The position numbers and the translations under genes were made by a program. From positions 95,668,001 through 95,732,000 of the forward strand of contig NW_024704743.1 of assembly GCF_018977255.1 (NCBI RefSeq): DNA of 64,000 nucleotides, given 5' to 3'. Below the pieces are notes generated by a model. The model had not been told where the DNA came from and did no database searches. It was given only the letters and a program-made list of their open reading frames with translations. Below are positions 15,401 through 26,200 of this stretch, piece after piece; within the stretch, counting starts at the first letter, position 1; every line of letters starts with the position of its first letter. The DNA is from Callorhinchus milii (Eukaryota).

Positions 15401-18400
15401 GTTTACTCCTTTTTTTGCAGCATACTTTATTTGGGAAACTTGCTTGCATGGGTTTGTATAGATAATGTTTTCAGAAGCTACACCCAAGCTTTGCACAACA
15501 GCAATTTCATTCTATGGAAACATAAGAAACAAATTGATCAGAAAGCACCTTATTTCAAACTCTGCACATATTACCAGAAACCAAGAATTTTTAACAAGCA
15601 TTGCATTTCTACCACCAGATCCCTGTTCTTAATAATATTGACGATTATTATTATTTCACTCCACGAAGAATTCTACCACCAAGCGTACAATTCTGATCTC
15701 TATTAGTTCTCCCAAAATACATCACTTTACATTTTTCGACATTTCCCACCAATCTGTCCACTCTGTTTACCTGTCCATATCTGCTTGTACCTCCCTGACC
15801 TCTTTGTCACTATTAATAAAACCTCCTAATTTGCATTGTACACAGATTTGGGTAATTTTTCAACTCCTGCATCCGTATCAACAACAACAACTTGCATTTA
15901 TATAAGTCCCTTCGTGCAGGGTAGCGTCCCGGTAACAATAACATGTGAAAGATAATATACACCATTAACAGCAATAATAAAGTACCACAAAATTACATTT
16001 GTATAGCGCCTTTCACGTCGGGAGGACGTCCCAAGAATAGAAATGCAGTGGAGTCCTGTTTTAATGCACTTCTTTATAAGCAAATTCAGTTATATCATGG
16101 TTATAGTGTGGACCCCACTCACTGCACATATGTGCAGTTGGCCCACTCAACCCATGTGCCAACCAACTTTCGTGCTGAAATAGCAACTGAGTTATCAGGT
16201 TGGTGCCAGTTACTTTTCCTTTTTCTGTGTGTGGCAAAAAGAGGAAATTATGCACACACGCGCTTCACACCAGCTACTGTGCTTCGTTATCCTAACCATC
16301 GGATTATATCAAGGTTCCACTGTATAAACTAAAGCAATTCTTACCTTGTTTCCACAAGCAAAGCCAGTTCCAAGTGCTGCAAGGACTTCAATTACAGCTC
16401 GACTAGTGTTACACTTAACAGTATAAAATGGTTTCACTTGTGTCATCACATTCTGCCACCGAATGTTCTGCTTCACAACACTGCCAAGATCAGCAACAAA
16501 GAAGGCATTCCTTTCAGACTGCTGCAGGGTGGGGGGCGAGAAGGCAGAGGAGAGGAAAAAAAAGTTATATTTGTTTGAAATATAAAGCAAACAAACCAAC
16601 AGACTTAACATTTTGAGTTTATCCCAGTGCCCTAACCAACAATTCCTCTAAATATAAGTGTTCATGTACTCCATGGCTATTTGTGGGACATTGCTATGTG
16701 CAAGCCTGGCTGCTGTTTGCGTCTATAAAAATCCACAACATACCACTTTAATTTACAGTATACAGTAAAACTCGCACAAGTCTTATCTTTAGGACTCTTA
16801 TAATCGCCTAAGTCGTACATAATAATATAATAATCCTTGCATTTGATATAGCGCTTTTCACGTCTTCTAGACATCTCAAAACACTTCACAGAATATGCTG
16901 TAAAGTGAATTCACTGTATATTTGTGGGCGAAACGCAGCAGCCAATTGCGCACAGCAGTGTCCCACAAACAGTCGTGGATTGAAAATGACCAATTTATTA
17001 TTGCTTTGTTTTGGAGGGATTATTATTAGGTGTGTGGAGTAAGGAAACTTGCCCAAGGTTTTGCCCTGCCTGGAATTGAACCCAGGTATCTCACTTGCAA
17101 GGCGAGTGCTCTAATCACTGAGCTACAGGACTCCACATTCACCCGAGTCCCATTCAGCTTCCTATCAAAAACACTCAGATTTCTTTGCACTCGTCATATT
17201 CATCATCTCTTAACTCGTAATACCTCTCTCCTACCCTCCATTACTCCCGTACTTAACGGCTGCATTGAATCACAAGAAACATAGCCTTGATCCGTCGCCA
17301 TATGCGCAGAAGAACTTCATTCCCCACAATTCAATGCAATTCCAACTCTTGTTGGTAAGCTGAGTATGTGGCAACGGGTGAAGACACATTGAATCACAGG
17401 AAATAGTGTTTACCTGTTGCCCCATGGTCATTTATCAGCTGCACTGAATCACGCATGCGTAGTGTGGAATAAATCGGATTTTATGCAAGTTATACAGCTT
17501 GCCTGCAACTTGGTCTTTGCCTAATTCATATTAAATATTATGATCCCGACTATACAACTTATGTGAGTTTTACTGTATCCTGCAAAGCGCTTTGAAATGT
17601 CCTGATATGAAAGGCGCTTTGCCAAATGCAAGGATTATTATAATACGTATTCCATTCATGACTTTCACACCATGACTTGATGATCGTATTGCTAAACGAG
17701 TCCAACAGGAAAAGTTTCCAGCACCATAGAAGAAATTGGTATAATGCAGATCTCCCTATTCCTCTTGACTACTCTCCACCTTATGAGCACCTCACCTTTT
17801 ACCACCTCGCCCTTCTTTCCTTCAAATTCCTCTTAGGCTACCGATCCCCCACCCAAATCACCTGTTCCTTCCTCTTGGACATGTTCTCTCGTCCCTTTGC
17901 CTCTGCACTGAACACCTGCTCATAATGGGCAGTTTCAACCTTCACCTTAACAACTCTTACCCCATTCCTCTGATTTCACTGCCCTCCTCTCCTCCATAAA
18001 CCTCACCCTCCACAACCCATTCCCTCTGGGCCTCCACATGCAGCAATCCTGATCATGTAAAACGATCGTCTCTCCTCAATTCTCTTGCCTCCCTGAAATC
18101 TAGGCAGTCTCCAAACCCACTCGCTCCCCCTGGTACTACAGGCACCCAAACCCACTCGCTCCCCCTGGTACTACAGGCACCCAAACCCACTCGCTCCCCC
18201 TGGTATAACAGCCACCCAAACCCGCTTGCTCCCCCTGTGTAGGGGGCCTTGGTGAGACTGCACCTAAAGTATTGTGTGCAGTTTTGGTCTCCTTATTTAC
18301 AAAAGGACATACTTGCCCTAGAGGGGGTGCAGCATAGGCTCACCAGGTTAGTTCCTGGGATGAGGAGACTGACCTATGAGGATAGGCTGAATAAACTAGG

Positions 18401-21400
18401 GCTATATTCTCTAGAGTAAAGAATTAGGGGAGATCTTATTGAAACATATAAGATTCTTAAAGGGCTGGATAAAGTAGACACTGAGGGACTGTTTCTCCTG
18501 GTGGAGAATCGATAACCAGGGGTCACAGTCTTAAAATTGTCAGCCTTTTAGAACAGAGTTGAGCAAATATTTCTTCACTCAGATGGCAGTGAATTTATGG
18601 AATTCACTCCCCCAGAAGGCTGTAGATGCTCAGTCCTTGAACATCTTCAAGGCTGAGACTGATAAGATTTTTAAAAAATAGAGAGATTAGGGGATATGGG
18701 GATAGGGCAGGTAATTAGAGTTAGGTCTGAAGATCAGCCATGATCTTATCGAATGGCGGGGCAGGCTCGAGGGGCTGAATAGCCTACTCCTGCCCCTAAT
18801 TCTTATGTTCTTACGATAGATATAACAGCCACCCAAATCCACTCGCTCCCCCTAGTATAACAGCCACCAAAACCCCACTTGCTCCCCTTGGTTTAACAGC
18901 CACCAAAAACCCACTCGCTCCCTCTGGTATAACAGCCACCCAAACCCATTCACTCCCCTGATATAAGTCATCCCCTCACTTAAATATCAAACCTGGATGC
19001 TCGCGCATAATTGGCACAAAACCGGCCTCATTGCTCACCACATATATGGCTCAAGCATCTTTGTACCTACCACCTCTCCCTCTCACAGGCCAAAGCTGCT
19101 TTCTATTCACATTACCCCTCAAAACCTCTGACATCACTACCCGCCTCAAAAATATCACCCTCGATCTCTCTAATGTCACAAACTACAAGCCCATTCCTAA
19201 CTTGCCTTTCCTTGCTAATGTTCTGAAACTCATTCTTGAGAAACAATATTGCTCACACCTCTCCCTTCACTCCCGACTCAAGCCCTCCTAGTGCGGTTTG
19301 CGCCCTGTGACCAGGGCTCCCTCAGCCTCCTTCTCCTCCTGGACTTCTCTACTGCATTTGACAATCGATCACTCCATCCTCCTCCCCCACATCTCCTCCC
19401 TCATCCATCTCAGTGGGATCTCACTTGTCTGGTTCAAGGCCTACTTCACCAACCGCCATCACTTCATCTTCAGACGTTTATTCTTACTGCCACACCCAGT
19501 CACCTCCAGTGTACCCCAAGGCTCCATCCTTGCCCACCTTCTTTTCCTTATTTACATGCTCCCTCTTGGCAATGTCATTCGCAGACACTGGGTCAACTTC
19601 CACATGTTTGCGGATGACACTTAAATCTACTTTTCCTCAACCAGCTGCAATTCCAGATCCACTGATGTCCTGTCAGCTTGGTTATCAGATGTCAAGGCCT
19701 GGATGAGAACAAGCTTCCTGCAGTGGAATGTTGATAAGATGGAAGGCTCCCATTACTGTCGGCTCCCGCGGCTCTGACCTCTTCAACCTCCTTGGCCTAT
19801 CCCTAAGACTTACCAAATCTGTGCATAACCGAGGAGTCAAGTTCGATCCCCAGTCGTGCTTCCTACCCCACGTCCAGTCACTCACCAGGACTACTTTCCT
19901 CCATCACATTGTCTGCCTCCAACCTTACCTCACATCCAAAGCAGCAGAAACCCTCGATTACGCTTTTGTCACACCCCCGCCTCAATTATTCCAATGTTTT
20001 CCTCACTGGTCTCCTCAGTTCTACTATTCACCACCTATGTACTCACCCACTCTAAACTTTGTACCCCATCATATCAGACCTCGCCAGGCTCCACTGGCTC
20101 ACTATCACACAACGGATCAACTTCAAGATCCTCACACTAGTCTACAAATCCTTTCATTTTCTGGCACCTCGCTACCTCTCTGAGATGCTTTCTCCCCACT
20201 CCACGACCTGCCACCTCCGTTTGGCTGGCTCCAGCCTCCATAATATTGAAAGGTAATCAAACACTTTCAGTTATGATCCCTGAACCAGTTTCCAAGTACA
20301 ACAACAACAAGATTCCATTTATAGAGCGCCTTTCACGTCGGGAGGCACATAAGTAAGTTTAAGATCTGCATACCTGGCAATGAATATGAAACTCCTGCTC
20401 AGACACTGAATGGTGTAATACTAACTTTTTTTTTTAAGAATTCTGTCCCATCCTTCACTTCCACCTCTCCTGGCAAACTTAATGGAAGCTCAGGAACACT
20501 AAAATCGCCCTCAAGGGACAGGCGAGGGCGACGTGGACCACAAATGACCCAGGGCATATTTAGTCAGAACTCCCAGTATTATAGAGAATGATATAGCACA
20601 GAAACAAGCCATTTGGCCTGTAGTTCGTGCTGGTGTTTATACTCCACATAAGCCTCTAACCCTATTAATCCTCTCTCCCATATCCTTTTATTCCCTTCTC
20701 TCTTTCATATATGCATTCAGTTTCCTCACAAATGCTTTTTGCTTCAACCAGTTTCCAATAGAGTTCCACATTCTCATCAACTTTTGGGTAAAAAAGTCCC
20801 CCAAACTCCCTTCTGGATCTGCTACTGGTCATCTTACATTCATGCCCTATTGTAATACTTAGTTTAGATTAGCATTAAAGTGTCTCACTCTCTTAAGCAG
20901 CAACATTAAGGCAAGTTTGAGAGCGTGGCACGTTTTTAAATACTGTATATTGAATATTTCTAGATTAAAAGATTCCAGCGTTTAAAACAAAAGCAATTAC
21001 TTTATTTAAACCTGGTAGCACATTACATTGCAAGCAAGATTTTAACTTTTATAAAAAGATCTCTGGTAATAGAAGACTCCACACACTTGGATCTAGATTT
21101 ATTAAATTTATGTATTATTTTAGAGCTTTCAGAATTTGGTAATTTCTTAAATACAGCCTTAAAGCTTTGCAAGCGAGAGACCTGGGTTCGATTCCCCACA
21201 GGATGAAACCTTGGGCAAGTTTCCTTACTCCGCACGCCTGATAATAATCCCTCAAAAAAAAGTGATTGCAATCCACGACTGTTTGTGGGACACTGCTGTG
21301 CGCAAATTGGCTGCCGCATTTCGCCTACAAACATACAGTCAATTCTGTGAAGTGCTTTGAGACGCCTAGAAGACATGAAAAGCGCTATATCAAATGCAAG

Positions 21401-21825
21401 TATTATTATTATTATGTTAGACTGGTTCCGTAATTTTCCTTAAGAACTAACCATCTTTGTCTGTTGTTCAATATTATTTTTAAGGCCTCTTAGATATCAC
21501 ATAGCAGTTAAAAATACATATTGATAATAATAATTTTGTGGGCAAACAGAATACAACTGCCAATGGAATTTGCTTACCGCTCAGGTGACTCATAGTGGGA
21601 GTACATACTATACTAATGAATATCATCTCAGTATATACTATGTGGATTAGGTTTCCTTTGTACCAGTTACCATAAACTAATTTCCAGAAGAATTATTAAC
21701 CAATAAAACAGACTTACCAAAAGTGTATGCTCATGAATATGGTTGTCAATAACATTGCTAAGAGTAGTTCCTTCATCCAGAAGGTCAAAGGAGTAGCTTT
21801 CTTCTAGTCCAACGAATCCCTTCAT
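303..21825 (-). CDS. AZIN1: Antizyme inhibitor 1, spliced CDS of 10 coding exons (1380 nt, 459 aa; 460 aa with the alternative NAGNAG acceptor)
   Basis: Hand-joined exons 21825-21718, 16518-16345, 15511-15339, 12262-12128, 8993-8912, 4647-4567, 4073-3908, 2272-2154, 1217-1006 and 432-303 give one open frame with consistent phases. ODC-family motifs: [37 protein letters not shown]1-type features: MKGF start, FYTVK, GFAC, C-terminal VPSC.QL.QE. Confidence 0.97.
503..932. mobile_element. Old non-autonomous DNA-transposon-like remnant (possibly Tc1/pogo-like); relatives near 16067-16324 and 55313-55600
   Basis: End tatagtggaacc at 501 mirrors ggttccactgtata at 16312-16325; the other end (gttata..atggtt.t..gtggacccca) is shared among copies. 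Confidence 0.45.
1006..1217 (-). CDS. AZIN1: AZIN1 exon 11 ([70 protein letters not shown])
   Basis: tttgtttag|AAC ... TG|gtaagt, 212 nt; [18 protein letters not shown] and NMGAY motifs. Confidence 0.96.
1754..2119 (-). mobile_element. tRNA-head SINE with Deu-like core and L2-type tail
   Basis: A/B-box-like head (tggttagagc...ggtttcattccc), core tgtttgtgggacattgct.tgc..aattggct, tail gctatatcaaatgcaagg(att)n. Confidence 0.85.
2154..2272 (-). CDS. AZIN1: AZIN1 exon 10 ([39 protein letters not shown])
   Basis: ttttacag|TG ... AAG|gtgag, 119 nt; YY..DGVYGSF motif. Confidence 0.95.
3908..4073 (-). CDS. AZIN1: AZIN1 exon 9 ([55 protein letters not shown])
   Basis: attctag|GTT ... G|gtaat, 166 nt; [15 protein letters not shown] motif. 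Confidence 0.96.
4567..4647 (-). CDS. AZIN1: AZIN1 exon 8 ([27 protein letters not shown])
   Basis: cttacag|GAA ... AAG|gtagga, 81 nt; LDIGGGF glycine loop. Confidence 0.95.
5598..8040 (-). mobile_element. L2-clade LINE, 5'-truncated, frameshifted ORF2 (endonuclease end, RT, C-terminus), in AZIN1 intron 7
   Basis: ORFs with [62 protein letters not shown]; (TTG)n tail near 5600. Confidence 0.92.
8200..8663 (-). mobile_element. Two tandem copies of the same SINE (8200-8385, 8390-8663), joined by an (ATA)n tail
   Basis: Core and tail motifs occur twice. Confidence 0.85.
8912..8993 (-). CDS. AZIN1: AZIN1 exon 7 ([27 protein letters not shown])
   Basis: ttaccag|A ... GCT|gtgagt, 82 nt; FHV and DARCVFDM motifs. 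Confidence 0.95.
11050..11560 (+). mobile_element. L2 LINE 3' fragment
   Basis: [10 protein letters not shown]...IQNSAA...LARLH; tail gacgtgaaaggcgctat. Confidence 0.8.
12128..12262 (-). CDS. AZIN1: AZIN1 exon 6 ([44 protein letters not shown])
   Basis: tctcttag|G ... AG|gtgagt, 135 nt; [14 protein letters not shown] motif. Confidence 0.96.
15339..15511 (-). CDS. AZIN1: AZIN1 exon 5 ([57 protein letters not shown])
   Basis: tttccatag|AAT ... AA|gtaagt, 173 nt; [12 protein letters not shown] motif. Confidence 0.96.
16345..16521 (-). CDS. AZIN1: AZIN1 exon 4 ((Q)[58 protein letters not shown])
   Basis: Tandem acceptor cag|cag|TCT (start 16521 or 16518), donor AAG|gtaaga; contains the PFYTVKCN lysine motif. 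Confidence 0.95.
16829..17134 (-). mobile_element. Full-length tRNA-head SINE (Deu-like core, L2-type tail)
   Basis: ggagtcctgtagctcagtgattagagc...gggttcaattcc head, plus core and tail. Confidence 0.9.
18112..18970 (+). repeat. 35-bp minisatellite (CAAACCCACTCGCTCCCCCTGGTATAACAGCCACC), about 8 units, split by a CR1
   Basis: Units read directly at 18112-18237 and 18821-18970. Confidence 0.9.
18238..18815 (+). mobile_element. CR1-clade LINE 3' fragment
   Basis: [26 protein letters not shown] remnants and a TTCTTATG-type tail; homologous to 43938-44560. Confidence 0.9.
21168..21413 (+). mobile_element. Same SINE family, slightly 5'-truncated
   Basis: gggttcgattccc B box, core, (ATT)n tail. 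Confidence 0.9.
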
Positions 21826-21918
21826 CTCCAGTGCTCCACAAGGCCAACACTCAAACCAAGCACCAAATGAAGGTTGCCACAGATCCTTCAATATCGGGGT
21901 TTTAAAATATGCAACAAA
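21718..21918 (-). CDS. AZIN1: AZIN1 exon 3: 93 nt leader plus first 36 codons (ATG at 21825; [36 protein letters not shown])
   Basis: Acceptor ctcttcttctgcag|TTTG, donor TTG|gtaagt; resembles the AZIN1 N-terminus MKGF...LLDEGT.L.NVIDN..EHTL. Confidence 0.93.
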
Positions 21919-23157
21919 CTGCAGAAGAAGAGTTTAGATACTTAAATTGCAGTGGATTCTTGTAAAATGTAACATCTTGCATTATATCTCCCTAAAGGGA
22001 CTGACATACAGGTGACTTAATAACCTTCCAGAAAATAATTAAACCCATTAATATTTTTTTCTGCTGTCAATCAAGCATCATCAACAAATGCACTTATTCT
22101 TGACATCAAATAGTAGATCTACCATTGGGATCAAAATGCAACAGAATATGACATAAAAATAAATGTACTCGTAACACCAACAGACATGAAAGTAAAAAAA
22201 CAATCAACACCAAACACAAATGTAGACATAATAAGCAAGAATATCAAATACAAAACAGACCTTTTCTGCAGGCTTAAAGGAATACCTGGGTAGAAAGCTC
22301 CATAATAGTGTTCTGTTGAAATCTCCTTAATTTCAATAGATGCAAGTTGTGATGGTGACATTCTTTTAAAGGCAAATTCATATTTAGAATTCGCCATTAA
22401 TTTTTAAAAAAGATTATTTGTCTGCTTTTGACTCGTGTTAAGTCCAACAATTATCTGTCCATTTCATTCAATAGTAAGCTTCTTGTGATCCCGCATATTT
22501 TTTAAAAAATAAACGTGTTGCCTTAAAACCCTTTTTAAATACAAATGACCTCCTGTCATAGGGTAGAATTTGTGTTTTTTTTTAAATATGACCCTCTTTT
22601 TCCATTTTAGAACTATAGTACTTTATAGTGCTAGAAAACTTGTGCCCTTTCCCTAAATTACTCTTCAGAGCCCCTCCATGATTGAATAATTTACAATAGG
22701 TGGCAACTATGAAGAAGTATCGAGTCCCACCTCTTATCTTAAGTTGAAGCACAGTGAAATAATTAACTGGAGAAATCACAAAAGGTCACTGCTTGAATAG
22801 TTCTAAGCAACTGACCCAGAACCCTGAACCAGAATTACAACATTCCAACTCAATAAAGTATTGAGTTATCCCCCCATTTTTAAATACTTTGCTAAATTGG
22901 TATACATTTTGTCACCACAAAGATTTACACTTATTGAGATGCTCAATAACAATGCAGGTAGGTGCACTGTAGTAGATGTTTACCTGATTGTTACTGAGGC
23001 AGTTTGCTCATAGATCTATCAAAGGTTTATCAACTCCTTTCTAATTCAGTAAAGGACTTATGTAACTGGTTTCTTCTGGCTAAATAAAATGGTAATAGGT
23101 GGTGAGCAGAAAACCTAGATATCCATGGACAATATTTCACAACAAAATTAGCCTTAC

Positions 23158-23298
23158 ATGGACAAGTTGGGAGATGGAGAACCACCACTATCAGCTAGGG
23201 TCCCAAGGTGGCTCAGCGTTGAAGTCGAACTGTTCTCTGTAAAGCGTTACTCCCAGACCTTCTGGATAGCTGTTATACACCCAAACAGAAATTCTGCC
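23158..23298 (-). other. AZIN1: AZIN1 exon 2 (5' leader, 141 nt), encoding the 3' part of the uCC
   Basis: Acceptor ttttctctctttag|GGC, donor CAT|gtaagg; encodes ...YPEGLGVTLYREQFDFNAEPPWDPS*. Confidence 0.93.
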
Positions 23299-26200
23299 CT
23301 AAAGAGAGAAAAGATAATGCAATTAGACCATGATTTAGAGGAAACAAAATGTAATCATCTCCAGTGAATCTGAGCCATCATTATACAAATGCAAAGTGGC
23401 TTTTCTGGTAAAGTTACTGTTTATGTAGAAGCTGCAATGCAGTTTTCATCATCTTGATTAAAGTATCTGTAATAAATGGATTTTCTATTTTCCTTTTCAT
23501 CTGAAGAAGCACCAATTGGGATATCAAATTCATCTATTATACTGACCACCCATTATAGAACAATATAGCATTTTAAATACAGTTTACTAAAGGAGTTCCC
23601 TAAAAGGACTCGAAAATCCTTGCCGTAACTGGAAGTATGTCACACCGACCTGACAAAACTCCATACCAAAAGTAGATTGCATCTGAGTGTTATTCCTACA
23701 AATAGACACGATGTACTGAGTTACCAGAACGAATCCTCATTTACAAATCAGATTCCTTATTAAGGAATGCCAGCAGAAATTACCACATTTAGACCCTCTA
23801 TATGTAAAGAACACAGGTTGGCATGTTATTTTATCTTTTTTTTAATGTTAGCAACGATAAAAGTTCTAGATTCACATTAGGGTAAAGAATAGTTTCCAGC
23901 ATTACAGGTTTAATAGACAGCAAAGCCCATCAGTGATGTGACATGATGGCAGAGATGGATGTATGTGTAAACCTTTTTTCTTGTTTGATTTCCCCTCCCA
24001 TACATCTTTCATTTTACTTTCTTTTCTTCCTTGGATTAATTTTGTTTCAGAGCTTTCTAAGTGAATCTGAATAGCACATACAAAATCTGCATTTTGAGCT
24101 CTCCATAATAATCCTTGCAGTTGATATCATGCCTTATCATGTCAAGACTCTTCACAGGCGTTACTATCAAGTGTAGTGACTGTATTTCTAGGTGAATTTG
24201 GCAGCAATGTCTGACAAACAGCCATGAAGTGAATGACAAGATTTGTCTGGAAGATTTTTGGTCAGGACATCAGGAGAAACTGTCTTTGATCACCCTCCTT
24301 CCCCCTCTGCTCTCTACCCTCTCCCCGATTCTGACCCCCAGCTCGGGTCCAAAACAGACTGTCCAGCGCCTTGGGATATCCTCCCAATGTGTAAGGTGCT
24401 ATACAATGTAATTTTATTGTTGTTGCCAGGCTCCACTGGCACACTATTGCAGAACATACAGATTACAAGATCCTCACACTTGTGTACAAATCACTTCAAT
24501 GATCAGAGTTGGGGCTTCTCGAGACAGGACGTCAAAACCAGTATCCGGTTATATTAATTAATTTAAATACACAAGTATATATTTTTACAACACCCCAAAG
24601 CCTTAAATTAAGTCTGAGTTGTAACTCATAATATGCTGGCCCTAACCCCTTCTAAGGTGCTACTCTTTATTATAACCTAGCAACCCTAGGCCACCTTGCA
24701 TTTAAGAACACAAAAATTCAAGACATACAACAATGGGAGCAAGCACAGCAATCCAACATATCTATAATAACAACTCTCAGAACAACACTGCAATAGTAAA
24801 ACAAAAGTGCTAGCCCCTGATCCCTACAGTGTTGCAATTGCATCTCGGCTCCTTGCTGACTGCTGTAAGCTGCCTCTGCAACCTGTCATCTCACAGAACC
24901 CATTTAAAGGGGCAGGCCTCCCCTAGTCATGACTTCACCACATTTCCCCTCTTGGTGGGTTGGAAGCGTGGCGAGCAAGCCATCAAGTGTATCATGTTCC
25001 TTCTTCCCACATGCAGCCTACATGGCAGAAACAAAAGCAGCCAAAACTGAATCAAGATACCCTTTAGCCACCGGGCAACAATCTGCACAACATAAATCAA
25101 ACGTCCCAATGCATCCGAACAGAACATTCAAAAGAATACCAAATCATACATTTCCATCTAGCAGGGCCATTATCATAGTCCCGATTAATATCAGCGTCAT
25201 CTTCTGTAACCTTTGGCACCACAACTGCGAATTGCAACAATCACATCCAAGATGTCAGAGTCCAAAAATCTTTTTCATCCTGACTTCCAAATGATCACTC
25301 GTATTCTTCTGAGATGTTTGATGCTCCTGGCACTCCTTGCTTGTGTCAGCAGCACTTTGTCTTCATTTTGTACAAGCTGCTGGTCTGTAGGCTGCTGGCC
25401 GAGACCACCCTACTGGAAGCTACTGCTTGTTCCTGACTCAGTCCCAGCATGGATTGCTGGTCAGCACCGACTATTGTCGGCTGCTGCAACTCATCTGCCT
25501 GAACTTGGGTTTGTGCTTGGTTGTTAGCAGATGCAGACTGCTGTCCCAGTCTAAACCAACCGTCTCCACTTCATTTCAGCAAATGGTTTCTCCTCCCACC
25601 CCCGTCTGGTTACCTGCGGAGTACCCCAGGGCTCCATCCTTAGCCCCCTTCTTTTCCTCATCTATAATGCTCCCTCTTGGCAATGTCATTCGCTGACATG
25701 GGGTAAACTTCCACCCATATGTGGATGACACGCAAATCTACTTTGCCTCCTCTAGCATCGACTCCAGGTCCTGGACGAGTACAAACTTCCTGCAGCTGAA
25801 GTAGACAAGACGGATGCCATACTCTTTGGCTCCTGTCAATGTCTTCACTCCTGCGTATCTGAACTCCTCAATCTCCCTGGGTTGTCCCTCAGACTCACCA
25901 AACCAGTGCACAACCTCAGCACCAGGTTCGACTCCTGCTGTCCTTCCTACCCCACATCCAGTCCTTGACCAGGAGCGCCTTCAGCCACCTCCTCCACATT
26001 GCCCGCCGCCGACTGTACCTTAACCCAAATGCAGCTGAAACCTTCGTGCTTGTGTTTGTCACCTCCGGCCTGGTTAATTCAAACTCACTCCTCGACGGTC
26101 TCCCCAGCTCCACTATTCAAAAAATCCAGTTCATTCAGAACTCTGCCACCTGCATACTTAGCCGGACCATAACTCTGTATCCCCTTCTCACCAGTTCGGG

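Larger units (their letters stand above)
17720..20240 (+). mobile_element. Degenerate L2 LINE containing a minisatellite and a CR1 insertion
   Basis: Remnants [40 protein letters not shown]. Confidence 0.85.

Noticed and set aside
17060..17134. tRNA genes at SINE heads (also near 2050-2119, 32115-32188, 54475-54547, 57620-57694)
   Set aside because: Each runs into the SINE core and L2-type tail, so they are tRNA-derived SINE heads.
18112..18970. CRISPR-like array
   Set aside because: Head-to-tail units with no unique spacers, eukaryotic context, derived from L2.
303..21825. Calling the gene ODC1 or AZIN2
   Set aside because: The MKGF start, FYTVK, GFAC, EPGSY, VPSC..L.QE tail, the AUU uCC and linkage to ATP6V1C1 all point to AZIN1.
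21826..21891. TTG start at 21891 in the ORF track as the AZIN1 start
   Set aside because: Similarity to AZIN1 begins at ATG 21825; the upstream open frame is treated separately as a finding.
22131..22560. Cassette exon or 88-aa ORF in AZIN1 intron 2
   Set aside because: Only weak splice signals and no recognisable homology; cannot be supported without RNA data.
23188..23193. Stop-codon readthrough or selenocysteine fusing the uCC to AZIN1
   Set aside because: TGA is followed immediately by TAG, so two stops would need readthrough; no SECIS evidence.
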